From Candidatus Tenebribacter mawsonii (GTDB lineage: Bacteria > Cloacimonadota > Cloacimonadia > Cloacimonadales > TCS61), in contig JAVCCD010000339.1 in assembly GCA_030765665.1 (NCBI GenBank), forward strand, positions 1 to 40,838: a DNA stretch of 40,838 bases, given 5' to 3'. The notes beneath the pieces were generated by a model. The model had not been told where the DNA came from. It searched no databases and saw only the letters and a program-made list of their open reading frames with translations. Position numbers and translations under genes: made by a program. Positions 15,794 through 26,035 of this stretch are shown in pieces (the first letter of the stretch is position 1; each line of letters opens with the position of its first letter).

Positions 15794-17266
15794 TTAATTT
15801 ATGTATCTTCTCAGTATGATAGTAACCTGATTTGTTGTATTCGTTCCAAGAATCTGTGCTGTAACAGTACCAGTAGTTGTTCCTGGTGGATCTATACCTG
15901 GAGCAGGGCATTCTACATAATAGTATTCAACTTCCTTACTAAGACTTCCATGCTCACCGCTTACAATAGTTGTAAGACCAGTATATGGGTCACCTGTATC
16001 TGGTGGATATGGTTCTAGTGGACTACCAAGTGATGTTGAAAAAACAACAACTTGATTGTCTATAGGATTATTCTGACCATCCAATACCGTAATTCTGATC
16101 TCTGTTGTTTTATATTGTGGATCTGGGGGAATTGCCCACCAGTCAATATGAAGTGGAACAGCTACAATATCTATAGAAGGGAATTGGATTGGAAGGACCA
16201 ACTCACCTTCAAACATATCACCAAGGCCTGTTTCAATTCTCACAAGAACTGTGTCATTTGTGTGAGATCCATTATAATTTAAATATGAATAAGCAACACC
16301 TGGTAAGGAATCTCCCATTGCATTTTGATTATTAACATAAGCTGCTGCAACTACAGATGCCCATTCTGGCTCTTCTGGAAGTGAGAAGAATACAGCAGTT
16401 CCAGAAGCAACTGGGTTACCTTCTATATCATTAAGCAGAGATGAAATTTGTACTCTCCACATACCACTACCCATATCTACACCGCTGCTATGACCACCAA
16501 TTCCAAATTCTACTGTATGAGTAAAACCGCTGGCTACAACGATATTTGATTTTGTTGCAAAGATATTTGCACCACTTAAAGTTTGAGTAGAAACACGACA
16601 GGTAACAATTCCTGAGTGCTCGCCACTGTTTATATTTACAGAAGCCTTTCCAGCAATCGATGTTGCTGTATCAATCGGACCAATATTGTTTATGTTCGTT
16701 CCATCAGGAGCATATAATAATTCAAACACAACATCTTTTGGTTGTGATATTAACTGACCTGAATTATCATAAAGACTTGCTACAAGTTCAAAAGTTTCTT
16801 GACCACCTGTTCCCTGAACACTAATCTCAACTTGTTCTGAAGTATCAAAACCTATTGAGCTTACATCTTGAGGTGGAACACCATCAATATAAATATCAAG
16901 TGTTTCTGAAATACTTCCTACTATTGCTTCGATTGTTGCACTACCAAACGCATTTCCATCATGGAACTTAACAGTAGCAATACCACTACTATCTGTAATA
17001 GCCTCTGCTGGAGTTAAGTAACCAATGTTAGTTCTAAATTTAACTGGTTGCTCAAAAACAGCAAAATTGTCACTATCTTTAACCATAACCTGAATAGTTG
17101 CAAAAGTCATGTCATCACCATCAGAATAAATTACTGATGTATTTGAAGTCATACTTGCAATTGTGTAATCTAAAGGATCTACTATTCTATTATCACAGGC
17201 AGTAAGTAAAAGACCTGTAACTATAATAGCAATCGAGAGTAATAAAATCAGTTTTGTATATTTCAT
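15794..17266 (-). CDS. Lipoprotein with bacterial Ig-like (Big_1-type) domains, coupled to the secretin gene
   Basis: Lipobox LLLTAC. Repeated segments such as ATIQVMVKDSDNF...TDSSGIATVKF...GSATIEA are Big-like. Its ATG overlaps the pilQ stop as TAATG. Confidence 0.6.
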   Translation of the reverse strand: MKYTKLILLLSIAIIVTGLLLTACDNRIVDPLDYTIASMTSNTSVIYSDGDDMTFATIQVMVKDSDNFAVFEQPVKFRTNIGYLTPAEAITDSSGIATVKFHDGNAFGSATIEAIVGSISETLDIYIDGVPPQDVSSIGFDTSEQVEISVQGTGGQETFELVASLYDNSGQLISQPKDVVFELLYAPDGTNINNIGPIDTATSIAGKASVNINSGEHSGIVTCRVSTQTLSGANIFATKSNIVVASGFTHTVEFGIGGHSSGVDMGSGMWRVQISSLLNDIEGNPVASGTAVFFSLPEEPEWASVVAAAYVNNQNAMGDSLPGVAYSYLNYNGSHTNDTVLVRIETGLGDMFEGELVLPIQFPSIDIVAVPLHIDWWAIPPDPQYKTTEIRITVLDGQNNPIDNQVVVFSTSLGSPLEPYPPDTGDPYTGLTTIVSGEHGSLSKEVEYYYVECPAPGIDPPGTTTGTVTAQILGTNTTNQVTIILRRYIN

Positions 17267-18672
17267 TATTCCTCCAATTCCTGAACATCATCAGAATTTT
17301 TTTCTTTGATCAATCTTTTTTCAAGTTTTTCATCAATTTCTATTTCATAATCATCACCATCAAATGTAACTACGCGAGGTGTGATTTCTATAATAAGATC
17401 TGTTTTTTCCATCAAATTAACTTTATGCTGGAATAATTTACCTAAAATTGGAATAGAACTAAGAAGTGGAACTTTGTTTACAGTTGTAGACATTGTAGTA
17501 TTCAACAAACCGCCAATAAAAATTCTCTTTCCATCTGGAACTGTTACTGTAGTAGTAATTTTTCTAACCTTAGTTCTTGGAATATATCCACCAACTAATT
17601 CTAAAACAGAACTAACTTCAGGTTCGATTCTTGTTGTGATCTGACCTTCGGAATTAACTGTAGGTTTTACTTTAAGTTTAATACCAACTTCTTCACGTTC
17701 AACTTGAATTTGCTTTTCATTATCTTCTGCGATATAAGGAACAACTTCACCAATATGAATCTCTGCTTCTTCTCCATTTAAGGCAGTAATTCTCGTATCT
17801 GTTAGTAGTTTTGCAGCGTTATTTTGCATTAACCAATCTACAGTTATGTCAAATGCTGTAAGTTGACGACTAAAGTGACCAACATCACTGATATCTTCCA
17901 TTCTTTGGAAATAAATATCTTCAGGGATCTGACCGAAAGGAGAAAGATCTCCATATGGTGTTTCACCAGTATCATCAGTAAAATTATATGGTAATCCTGT
18001 GCCTGATGCAGTTTTTGGATTTTCCGCAAGAATTGTTGTTAAACTGTTGAGTTTAGCCCAATCAATTCCATATTTTTGAGCTTCAGTTACAGAGATCTCT
18101 ATTAAACGAGCCCTGATCTCGATCTGCTTTTGAGGAACATCAATCTCTTCAATTCTGTTACTTATTTCAGCAAAAGTTTCTGGATTTGCTCGTATAAGAA
18201 TTGCATTTTGACCTTCAATTGCAATAGATTCTCCAGGCATGATAGAAAGAGCATTGACTATTTTGTTAACATCAACATAATTTAACTGCATTACATAAGT
18301 TCTTTCACCAATCTCTTCATCGATTCTAGCTCTTTCACCAACTATAAATGTCTTTTCACCGATTAGGCGATAAGATAATCCGATAGATTTTACAACAAGT
18401 GATAAAGCTTGTTCTATTGGAACTTCTTTAATGTGGATAGTGATCTTCTTTTCTTCTGCTTTTTCATCTTTAGCTTCTGTTTCCATCGCTAATACGATAT
18501 TACAGTCACTCAATCTTGCCATTGTAGAAATAATCGTTGCTACTGAAGCATCTTCTGCATCAAGTGTGATTTTCTTTGTTAGCAGATCTGATGCCTCTGC
18601 TGCAAAAACATTCACAGATAACAATATCATTACAGTTAATGACAACAATAATAATTTGCTGTTAATTTTCAT
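17266..18672 (-). CDS. pilQ: Type IV pilus secretin
   Basis: Signal peptide, secretin N domains, and a C-terminal secretin domain with VPLLSSIPILGKLFQ. Confidence 0.85.
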   Translation of the reverse strand: MKINSKLLLLSLTVMILLSVNVFAAEASDLLTKKITLDAEDASVATIISTMARLSDCNIVLAMETEAKDEKAEEKKITIHIKEVPIEQALSLVVKSIGLSYRLIGEKTFIVGERARIDEEIGERTYVMQLNYVDVNKIVNALSIMPGESIAIEGQNAILIRANPETFAEISNRIEEIDVPQKQIEIRARLIEISVTEAQKYGIDWAKLNSLTTILAENPKTASGTGLPYNFTDDTGETPYGDLSPFGQIPEDIYFQRMEDISDVGHFSRQLTAFDITVDWLMQNNAAKLLTDTRITALNGEEAEIHIGEVVPYIAEDNEKQIQVEREEVGIKLKVKPTVNSEGQITTRIEPEVSSVLELVGGYIPRTKVRKITTTVTVPDGKRIFIGGLLNTTMSTTVNKVPLLSSIPILGKLFQHKVNLMEKTDLIIEITPRVVTFDGDDYEIEIDEKLEKRLIKEKNSDDVQELEE

Positions 18673-18687
18673 ACATTCTCCTTTATA

Positions 18688-19236
18688 TTACCAATTATAT
18701 TTTCTTTCTGTTGAAAGTTCATTATCGTTTTGAATTTCTTCTGGTTTGTCCGGAAGCTTCTGAAGAGTAAGAATATTCTCTCTTCCTTTATAGGAATAAA
18801 CTATCTCACCCTGACGAATATCTTTAATGATCCCATAAATGAAATCATCACCAATTGAATAGAGCTTTGTTTTACCTTTGTGAGATATTGCTGCTCTTTT
18901 CTTGCCAACTTCCGGCATAATTGTTGATTCAAGTCGAACCATATTCTCAACTTCTTGTCGCCATTGTTTTTCCAAATCCTGGATAGTTTTTACGATCAGA
19001 TTTTGTTCTAGTGGATCTTTTGTTACTGTAAAAACAAACTCCTTTCTATCTTGAATAGACTGTTCTATATTTTGGATCTGGTTAAACAGTTTGTCACTTA
19101 AGGCTAATTTTTCATACTTAGATTCCACTGGAACAACTCTAATATCTCTATAAAGGCTGTTACACTTTACACCAAGTACAATAAGGAGAATAACAATTAA
19201 TGCTATTACTAGGTCTTTTAAATATTTTTCTTCCAT
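18688..19236 (-). CDS. Single-TM pilus alignment protein (PilP-like by position)
   Basis: N-terminal TM helix. Sits between pilO and pilQ. Its start lies 2 nt after the pilO stop, with an AAGGAGG RBS. Confidence 0.35.
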   Translation of the reverse strand: MEEKYLKDLVIALIVILLIVLGVKCNSLYRDIRVVPVESKYEKLALSDKLFNQIQNIEQSIQDRKEFVFTVTKDPLEQNLIVKTIQDLEKQWRQEVENMVRLESTIMPEVGKKRAAISHKGKTKLYSIGDDFIYGIIKDIRQGEIVYSYKGRENILTLQKLPDKPEEIQNDNELSTERKYNW

Positions 19237-19237
19237 A

Positions 19238-19795
19238 TTATGCCTCCTTGATGATCATAAAGACAGATAATTCAAATGTAACTTTGTACCTTGTCTCTAT
19301 TATTTCTTCGAAAGAACTATTCTTATCTTCTTTCATTGGTCTTACATCAAGAGTATTAATCTTTATAATATGATCGAAAGATTCTAGTTCAGACAGGAAT
19401 TGTCCCATCTGGACAAATGTACATGCAACTGAAAGAGTATATTCTTGTTCAACGAGATACGATTTATCAGAAGCTACAACTTTAGGATAAACTGAATCAA
19501 TGGAGATCTTGTATTTATCTGTTAAAGCAGCCAACTTTTGTACGAAAGTGTTAACTTCATTAATGGCAAATTCGGTTTCGTTTGTCATACTTTTCTTTAT
19601 AACTTTAGAAACACCTTGAAGTTGATCATTAAGCACCTTAGCACTATTTAGTTTTTCCTGATCTTCTTTTATTGCCTCATCATATTGTTCGATCTTACTG
19701 ATCTTTGTTTTAACACTGTTTGTGCTGAAATAGAAGAAACAAAGTGTACTTAATATCATCACAAACAAAAGAAGTAGATATCTTTGCTTTATCAT
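19238..19795 (-). CDS. pilO: PilO-like pilus alignment protein
   Basis: N-terminal TM helix, a coiled coil and an alpha/beta C-terminal region. Has a 4-nt overlap with pilN. Confidence 0.55.
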   Translation of the reverse strand: MIKQRYLLLLFVMILSTLCFFYFSTNSVKTKISKIEQYDEAIKEDQEKLNSAKVLNDQLQGVSKVIKKSMTNETEFAINEVNTFVQKLAALTDKYKISIDSVYPKVVASDKSYLVEQEYTLSVACTFVQMGQFLSELESFDHIIKINTLDVRPMKEDKNSSFEEIIETRYKVTFELSVFMIIKEA

Positions 19796-20391
19796 TTTCT
19801 ACCTCCTTTTCCAGTGTAACTTTTAGAAATACAATCGATCTGGAAACGGAGAATATCCACATCCTTTTCCTTATCTTTACTAGATTTTACAAATTGAATT
19901 TTTGGAAAGTCTGAACTGATCTGCTCATTATTGTTAAGTTCAACAATGAATTCATTAATCAGATCAAACTCTTTTTGATTTCTATCAAGACGGGTAATTC
20001 CAAACAGACTTAGTTTATTACTCTTGAAAGAGAAATGTGTGATAGCAATCTTATCGGTTGTTTTTTCTGATAAGGCTACCAGTTTCTGTGTCCAGAAGAT
20101 CCTTTCGGAACTTATATTGTTAAGTCTTGCCAGATCGTTAGATGATAGGAATTCTCCACTCACTTTGTAAGTTTTGATCTCATCACGGATACTGTTAAGA
20201 AGTGCACTTCGGTTCTTTATCTTACTGCTTAAATTACTACTCAGTACTATCGCAATAATAGAAGCAATAATAAATATTGCAGCATAACTGATAGCAGCAA
20301 TTCTAAATGTTCTCCTTTCCGCTTCAGCTTTTTGCTTCAATTCACCGAATTTATTAAGATTTATTTTAAAATAAAATGTTTTCATAGTCAC
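19792..20391 (-). CDS. pilN: PilN-like pilus alignment protein
   Basis: N-terminal KINLNK resembles the INLLP PilM-binding motif. Single TM helix. Position is immediately after pilM. Confidence 0.6.
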   Translation of the reverse strand: MTMKTFYFKINLNKFGELKQKAEAERRTFRIAAISYAAIFIIASIIAIVLSSNLSSKIKNRSALLNSIRDEIKTYKVSGEFLSSNDLARLNNISSERIFWTQKLVALSEKTTDKIAITHFSFKSNKLSLFGITRLDRNQKEFDLINEFIVELNNNEQISSDFPKIQFVKSSKDKEKDVDILRFQIDCISKSYTGKGGRK

Positions 20392-20395
20392 CCCT

Positions 20396-21466
20396 CTATT
20401 CCGGTCTCATTGCCAGACCTAAAGCAATAGCAAATTGTGGGTCATTTGTTGTACCTGGTCTGTCTGAATCGTCCAGATTAACGAAGGGATTGAATACTTC
20501 AGTTGGAATTTGAAGTTGCTCAGTGATAAATTCGGGAAGTCCTTTTAGACTGGCGCTTCCACCAGCTAACAAGATCTTCTTGAAATCACTGTTCCCTGCC
20601 TCTTTCACATAGAATCGGAGAGATCTTTTCACTTCTTGAGCAATAAGTTCTGCCGTAGTCTTTTCTGTAATATCTAAAGCAATGATAGAAGATTTATCTT
20701 TCTTGACATCAGCTTCTTTTATGCCATGCTCGATTTTATACCTCTCTGCTTCTTCATAAGATTTTTTTTGCTTTTTCATAATGTCTTTAGTGAAATTGAA
20801 TCCACCATAGGCGATATCACGAGCAAAAAACTTAGAAGCAGTGCTGTATATAACCATATTTGTTTTAAATGCTCCAATATTAAGAATAATATACACTCCT
20901 TCTTCTTCTTCACTATTAAGAATGTAGCTGTTAGCTACAGCCAAAGATTCCAGATCTACAATACCTGGTGCTAACCCGGCACTTGATAATGCGTTGGAAT
21001 GATCTGTTAATAATGCTTTAGTAGATGAGGCAAGTAAGATATTCATATTATTGGTTTTCTCTTCTACATTTAGAACTTGGTAATCAAGATTCATCTCTGC
21101 ACCGCTAATTGGTAAGTGCTTCTTAGCCTCAAAGAACAAAGCAGATTCCAGTTCTTCATCTGGTAAAAATATTGTCTTTATCTGCTTTATACTTGTATTA
21201 TCTCCACCTATCGACGAAACAAGATGCTTAAACTTTTTAGGTTTCAGCTTCATTGTTCTGATAAGTTGAGCTAATATAGGACCATAGCGGTCTGGAGATA
21301 GATCTGAGAATACTGGTTCTATCCCTTCCGGAATTGTTGATAGGCTTTCACAATTTAGTAGTTTGTATCCATGATGTGTTTTCTTTAGATGTACCATCTT
21401 GATGCTGTGATTACCTATGTCCAATCCGATAGACTCTTTGAATTTAACTGTTTTCGTCTTAGCCAT
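20396..21466 (-). CDS. pilM: Actin-like ATPase PilM
   Basis: Begins with IGLDIGNHSIKMV, the phosphate-1 motif of actin/HSP70-fold PilM/FtsA. Has LLAGGSASLKGL near the C-terminus. Confidence 0.85.
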   Translation of the reverse strand: MAKTKTVKFKESIGLDIGNHSIKMVHLKKTHHGYKLLNCESLSTIPEGIEPVFSDLSPDRYGPILAQLIRTMKLKPKKFKHLVSSIGGDNTSIKQIKTIFLPDEELESALFFEAKKHLPISGAEMNLDYQVLNVEEKTNNMNILLASSTKALLTDHSNALSSAGLAPGIVDLESLAVANSYILNSEEEEGVYIILNIGAFKTNMVIYSTASKFFARDIAYGGFNFTKDIMKKQKKSYEEAERYKIEHGIKEADVKKDKSSIIALDITEKTTAELIAQEVKRSLRFYVKEAGNSDFKKILLAGGSASLKGLPEFITEQLQIPTEVFNPFVNLDDSDRPGTTNDPQFAIALGLAMRPE

Positions 21467-21510
21467 GTAACCTCACATTTTTAGTCATTTTTTTATCTAT
21501 CTATATTTTT

Positions 21511-23808
21511 TTAATGAGTAGTTTCTACAAAATTTTCAGGTGGAGTTTTATAGAACCACGATTGTTTTTCAAATGCTGTTAGAGTTGTTTCTCCCCAACC
21601 TTCATATATTTGTGGAAAATCCGGTGGTTGCACATGCATCAAACGCTTGTCATAATGGTAATCTTTATCATATCCAGTAGAAACGTGCATACCATCGTAA
21701 TGATATTCATCCATTTCCCATTTATTATCTCCGGGGTGATTATACGGATCACTTCCTGAACGATGAATAAATCCTCGTCGTCTCTGAGCTATAGCCCCAA
21801 AAATTGTAAGAGTTCCTCTTTCATAGACAATATCATTCAAAGACTCTGGCCAAACGGGATTATACCAGGGATAATCTGTTCCATTAGGATAAACATATCC
21901 AGGTCCATTGTTCGGATAAGAATTTATATATGCAACACTCTCAAAAGGAAATCCACAAGGATCATTACTACCATGAAGTTCAAAACCATCAATACTTGGT
22001 GGAGAAGCTCCATTTGGAGGGAATATAAATTTATGCAAATCAACATAAGTATATGTAGTGTCTATAACTGGCAGCTCTAAGAAAACCTGATATATAATTC
22101 CAGGACCTGGATTAGGACCATCAGCGAAAACGACATTCATATCCGCATCTAATACTTCATATAAATTCTCACCTTCATTTGTACCAGCTGTATAAACTGT
22201 TTCGATAACATCACCATGATCAATGTTGAAAGTATGAGTACTTAAAGCAGCATTGCAAGTCTCATCTTCTATAATAAGCTCACCATTAAGATATAAATCA
22301 ATTTCTGCTCCTTCCCAACCATTACCGCCAGTATCCAAAAGTCTTAATGTAAACTCCTCGGAAATAAATGGAGTCATTGCCACAAAATCGGGAGTTGAAC
22401 CGTGCGGATGTTGATATTGAAATGAAAAAATACCATCAGAATGACATGACATAATTCCTTGAAGGTTCGGATCACCTTCTCCAATTGCAGCATATGCACC
22501 GTAAAGCATTACATCAATACAATTACCTTCTCGAAGTTCCATATTTGCAAAAGGATCTTTATGTTTATACCTGATCAAGATCTTCTTCTCTGAAACCAAA
22601 CCGAAATAATCTGTAAAATTAATATTACCTTCATCATCTGGTGGTTCTCCATGGGTTGTACCCTGATAAATAATATCATCAACTATAAATACCGTGTCTG
22701 CACTAGCCCAAGTTTGCGCTCCATAAACAGAGCCTTCTATCCAAAGTTCGGCTTCATCAACCCAAACAGATTGGCCAATTACCGGGAATGGGGCTCCCGC
22801 CGTCCATATTGTATCGTGAACTGTTATGTAATTTGTCCAAATATGTTCAGAATCTTCATACCAGTTACCACCATTGGTTACAACATTATTCGCAAGTGTT
22901 GTGTTATGCGGGAACCAGGAATAAACACCAAAAGTATCTACACCTACAGTTTCAATTGCTCCAAATCTAGCATCGAAACTACCGTTACTAAGCACGACGT
23001 AAACTATGTCCGTATCATCGTCACCCAGGGTAAGACCATTTTCCCTGATAAGATCTGCATTAGGGCTAAATATAATTGGTGGTACTTCTTCGGCATAACC
23101 ACCAAGAAATATTTGGTCCATCGGTGCACTTTGAATAGCAGGAGCACCAGTAGCAAAGTCCATGATCCTGCCAGATGTAGTTACAAAATCGTGAAATGTT
23201 GGCCATCCACCTTGATTTTGGATCCAGATATCATCATTGGAGTGTACAGGACCATATAGATCATCAGCACCATAGAATTTTACTAATGCAGCAGCAAATC
23301 CACCATCTGCGTTCTCGGAAGCCTCTATATCTGTAAAGTATTGATACTCTGCCAGACTCTTATTCTTTATAAGGCGTTCTGAGTACCTTTTAATCGGTGA
23401 CTTATAAGATTGAACTATCCAGCGCTCTCTTTTGGCAGTTATTAAAGATTGAATAGCATAAGCTTGTTCTGTAGCAAGCCCCATAAAACTATTAATAACA
23501 ATATGCTGCCCTCTGCTGGAAATGTAATACGTTGTTCTTCTATCCGGCTCTAATACCTCAATAATCCGTCCAGGTAATCGACGTGCATCATCATGTTCTA
23601 TTGCAAGATGCAGTCTTGTAGCTTCACTACGTAAAAACAATTCTTCCTGGATCTTATCATGAGAATATTGAGTCTGTAATTGGTTATGTCCACACACTAC
23701 CATTAATGAAGCGGAAGAAGCAACTGCAACCACACTGAGCATAACAGCCACAACCATTACGAGAACACTACCATTATCACTAAGTAAATTTTGTAATAGT
23801 TTCTTCAT
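21511..23808 (-). CDS. Large (765-aa) PilX-N-like pilus-associated protein, a putative tip or adhesin component
   Basis: The N-terminal DNGSVLVMVVAVMLSVVAVAS hydrophobic segment is PilX_N-like and is not a canonical G/F-x-x-x-E prepilin. Position lies after the minor pilins. An internal GGNGWEGAEIDLYLNG module is present. Confidence 0.5.
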   Translation of the reverse strand: MKKLLQNLLSDNGSVLVMVVAVMLSVVAVASSASLMVVCGHNQLQTQYSHDKIQEELFLRSEATRLHLAIEHDDARRLPGRIIEVLEPDRRTTYYISSRGQHIVINSFMGLATEQAYAIQSLITAKRERWIVQSYKSPIKRYSERLIKNKSLAEYQYFTDIEASENADGGFAAALVKFYGADDLYGPVHSNDDIWIQNQGGWPTFHDFVTTSGRIMDFATGAPAIQSAPMDQIFLGGYAEEVPPIIFSPNADLIRENGLTLGDDDTDIVYVVLSNGSFDARFGAIETVGVDTFGVYSWFPHNTTLANNVVTNGGNWYEDSEHIWTNYITVHDTIWTAGAPFPVIGQSVWVDEAELWIEGSVYGAQTWASADTVFIVDDIIYQGTTHGEPPDDEGNINFTDYFGLVSEKKILIRYKHKDPFANMELREGNCIDVMLYGAYAAIGEGDPNLQGIMSCHSDGIFSFQYQHPHGSTPDFVAMTPFISEEFTLRLLDTGGNGWEGAEIDLYLNGELIIEDETCNAALSTHTFNIDHGDVIETVYTAGTNEGENLYEVLDADMNVVFADGPNPGPGIIYQVFLELPVIDTTYTYVDLHKFIFPPNGASPPSIDGFELHGSNDPCGFPFESVAYINSYPNNGPGYVYPNGTDYPWYNPVWPESLNDIVYERGTLTIFGAIAQRRRGFIHRSGSDPYNHPGDNKWEMDEYHYDGMHVSTGYDKDYHYDKRLMHVQPPDFPQIYEGWGETTLTAFEKQSWFYKTPPENFVETTH

Positions 23809-23817
23809 AATATCTCC

Positions 23818-24483
23818 CTATTCCGTAGCCGCATGTGAATTACCTAAAAATACAGCAGTTTCATAAGTAATTGTTCGTGTGTTTTTTCTTACGTCATCCT
23901 CATTAGATTGACGACTCTCTTTCTCACGGAATCTAACTTGTCCAACAAGTTTGATCTTCACCATTGTGGCGTTTCCTTCAGCATCTCTATGAATTACATC
24001 CCAGATCTGATTAGGATTTGTAATCCTGAATTGAGCCTGGTTGCCAATGTATTTAGCTGGTGAAGATGGGAATATTGTCTTTCTCTCAGGAAAAGATGTT
24101 AACCCATATTGTCCGTTTATCTCTAACTGACTATCATCGTTAACAGCATAAGTGACCCAGTAGCGTTCTTCCAGATTAAGGTTCAGTACAAGAGGAGTAA
24201 CTTTAATGGAATTCCGTGATGTTCCTATTACCGCTTTTTTTGCAGTAGTTAACCCTATAAGACCTTCGTCGTCAGTTACATTTTCATACATATAACCATG
24301 TCTCATGATTTCAATTGCGTCAAAGAGATCTTGCTGCAATTGAGTGTATAATTTTACTTCCTGAAAAGTTGTAGTAAAATGGATAATTCCAATGCCAAAT
24401 ATAACGAATACAAGTGTTACAAGCGGAAGTCCTGCAATTATCTCTATAAGGGAATAGCCATTATTATTTTTTAATATTTTCAT
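23818..24483 (-). CDS. Minor pilin (prepilin-type N-terminal cleavage/methylation domain)
   Basis: NNG/YSLIEIIAGLPLV, with Glu at +5, followed by a hydrophobic helix. Confidence 0.75.
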   Translation of the reverse strand: MKILKNNNGYSLIEIIAGLPLVTLVFVIFGIGIIHFTTTFQEVKLYTQLQQDLFDAIEIMRHGYMYENVTDDEGLIGLTTAKKAVIGTSRNSIKVTPLVLNLNLEERYWVTYAVNDDSQLEINGQYGLTSFPERKTIFPSSPAKYIGNQAQFRITNPNQIWDVIHRDAEGNATMVKIKLVGQVRFREKESRQSNEDDVRKNTRTITYETAVFLGNSHAATE

Positions 24484-24485
24484 AA

Positions 24486-24959
24486 CTATCCATCATCCTT
24501 CGTTCTATAAAAATAATCTTCACGCAAGATCAGAGTTCTTTCTTTATTAAGAATACTATTCAGGAAGTACTCGGGTCCATCACGCCAGGTTATTTTAATA
24601 CTTATCTTGTCGTAATCTACATATTGAGAGACTGCAAGATCTGTTGTAGTACCCATTAAGACTGGATGTATAAGACCATAAACCGGCACATCATTAACAT
24701 CATCAATCAGAAAGTTTCCAGATGTTATAGAGTTTGTATAGGTTACGCCTTCGTTATATCTGTTTAAGTATTTTACTTCTTCTAATTTCTGATGTGCTTT
24801 TAAAAGTACAACTCTATAGTGGTAATTTCCAACTGCGCTATGCCATGCATAGTACGAACTCAGGAATAATCCACTAAGAGCTATGGTTACGATTATCAAA
24901 CCAGCAAGAGCTTGAATAATACCAAAACCATCATCAGAACTTAATATCTTTTTCAACAT
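24486..24959 (-). CDS. Minor pilin-like protein with Gln instead of Glu at +5
   Basis: DDG/FGIIQALAGLIIV followed by a hydrophobic helix. Its start overlaps the pilT stop. Confidence 0.65.
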   Translation of the reverse strand: MLKKILSSDDGFGIIQALAGLIIVTIALSGLFLSSYYAWHSAVGNYHYRVVLLKAHQKLEEVKYLNRYNEGVTYTNSITSGNFLIDDVNDVPVYGLIHPVLMGTTTDLAVSQYVDYDKISIKITWRDGPEYFLNSILNKERTLILREDYFYRTKDDG

Positions 24960-26014
24960 TAGAATGCCGTCCCCGTAGCAAACATCTTTGGATTATCTGC
25001 CACTTCTTCTGCTACTTTTCTATCAACATATCCATTCATTACATGATTATATAATGATTGATCTTTAGACTGCATACCATCCTTGTTTCCAGATTGTATT
25101 ACAGAAGGTATCTGATATGTTTTTTCCTCACGAATAAGATTCTTAACAGCATTATTGGCTATCATTATCTCAAGAGCAGGTATTCTATCACTTTCATCTT
25201 TCATTGGAAGCAAGGTTTGTGCGATAACTGCCTGCAATGATTCAGAAAGCATGGAACGAACTTGAGCCTGCTGTTCTTGTGGGAACATATCAATTATCCT
25301 ATCGATAGATTTTGTAGCACTGCTTGTGTGAAGTGTAGCAAGAACAAGATGACCCGTTTCTGCAGCTGTTAATGCCAAAGAAACCGTTTCTAGATCACGC
25401 ATCTCTCCCACCAATATCACATCGGGGTCTTCACGTAAAGCAGAACGCAACGCAGCCTTAAATGACCAGGTGTCGTGTCCTACTTCCCTTTGATTCATCA
25501 GTGAGTTTTTACTTCTATGCGAAAATTCTATAGGATCTTCAATTGTAATAATATGGCAATGTTTATGGTCGTTTATGTAATCGACCATTGTAGCCAAAGT
25601 AGTAGATTTACCACTACCTGTTGGTCCGGTTACCAAAATAAGACCGCGCTGCCTCATAGAGAGTCTTGCAAGAATCTCTGGGAGATGCAGATCTTCAAAA
25701 TCTTTGATAACATTAGGAATAACACGGAATGCCACGCCTAATCCGTTTACCTGATGGAAAGCATTAACACGAAAACGTGTCTCGTCATCCAATTTTGTAG
25801 AAAAGTCGATCTCTAATTTTTCTTTAAAGATCGCAATCTGTGAATCATTCATTGTGCTGAAGATAAGTTTTTCAACTTCCTCAACATCCATCACAGGTAA
25901 ATTTAATTTTTTCATCTGGCCCAAAACTCTAATCATTGGTATTGAGCCAGCACTGATATGCAAGTCAGATGCACCGGCATCTGATGTAAATTGTAATAAT
26001 TCCTTAACAGTCAA
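24959..26014 (-). CDS. pilT: Twitching-motility retraction ATPase
   Basis: GPTGSGKSTTLA, ALREDPDVILVGEMRD, GHLVLATLHT and a PilT-size protein (351 aa). TTG start preceded by GGGGGTG. Confidence 0.9.
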   Translation of the reverse strand: MTVKELLQFTSDAGASDLHISAGSIPMIRVLGQMKKLNLPVMDVEEVEKLIFSTMNDSQIAIFKEKLEIDFSTKLDDETRFRVNAFHQVNGLGVAFRVIPNVIKDFEDLHLPEILARLSMRQRGLILVTGPTGSGKSTTLATMVDYINDHKHCHIITIEDPIEFSHRSKNSLMNQREVGHDTWSFKAALRSALREDPDVILVGEMRDLETVSLALTAAETGHLVLATLHTSSATKSIDRIIDMFPQEQQAQVRSMLSESLQAVIAQTLLPMKDESDRIPALEIMIANNAVKNLIREEKTYQIPSVIQSGNKDGMQSKDQSLYNHVMNGYVDRKVAEEVADNPKMFATGTAF

Positions 26015-26035
26015 AAAAGCACCCCCTAATTAACT

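Noticed and set aside
22651-23259. Antisense or overlapping ORFs inside long genes, for example 22651..23259, 1294..1656, 13076..13267, 14129..14396, 17381..17644, 27095..27463, 28115..28429 and 37749..38616.
   Set aside because: All lie opposite or out of frame within long ORFs that have clear family signatures. They have low-complexity, Ile/Asn/Phe/Cys-rich translations typical of AT-rich antisense frames.
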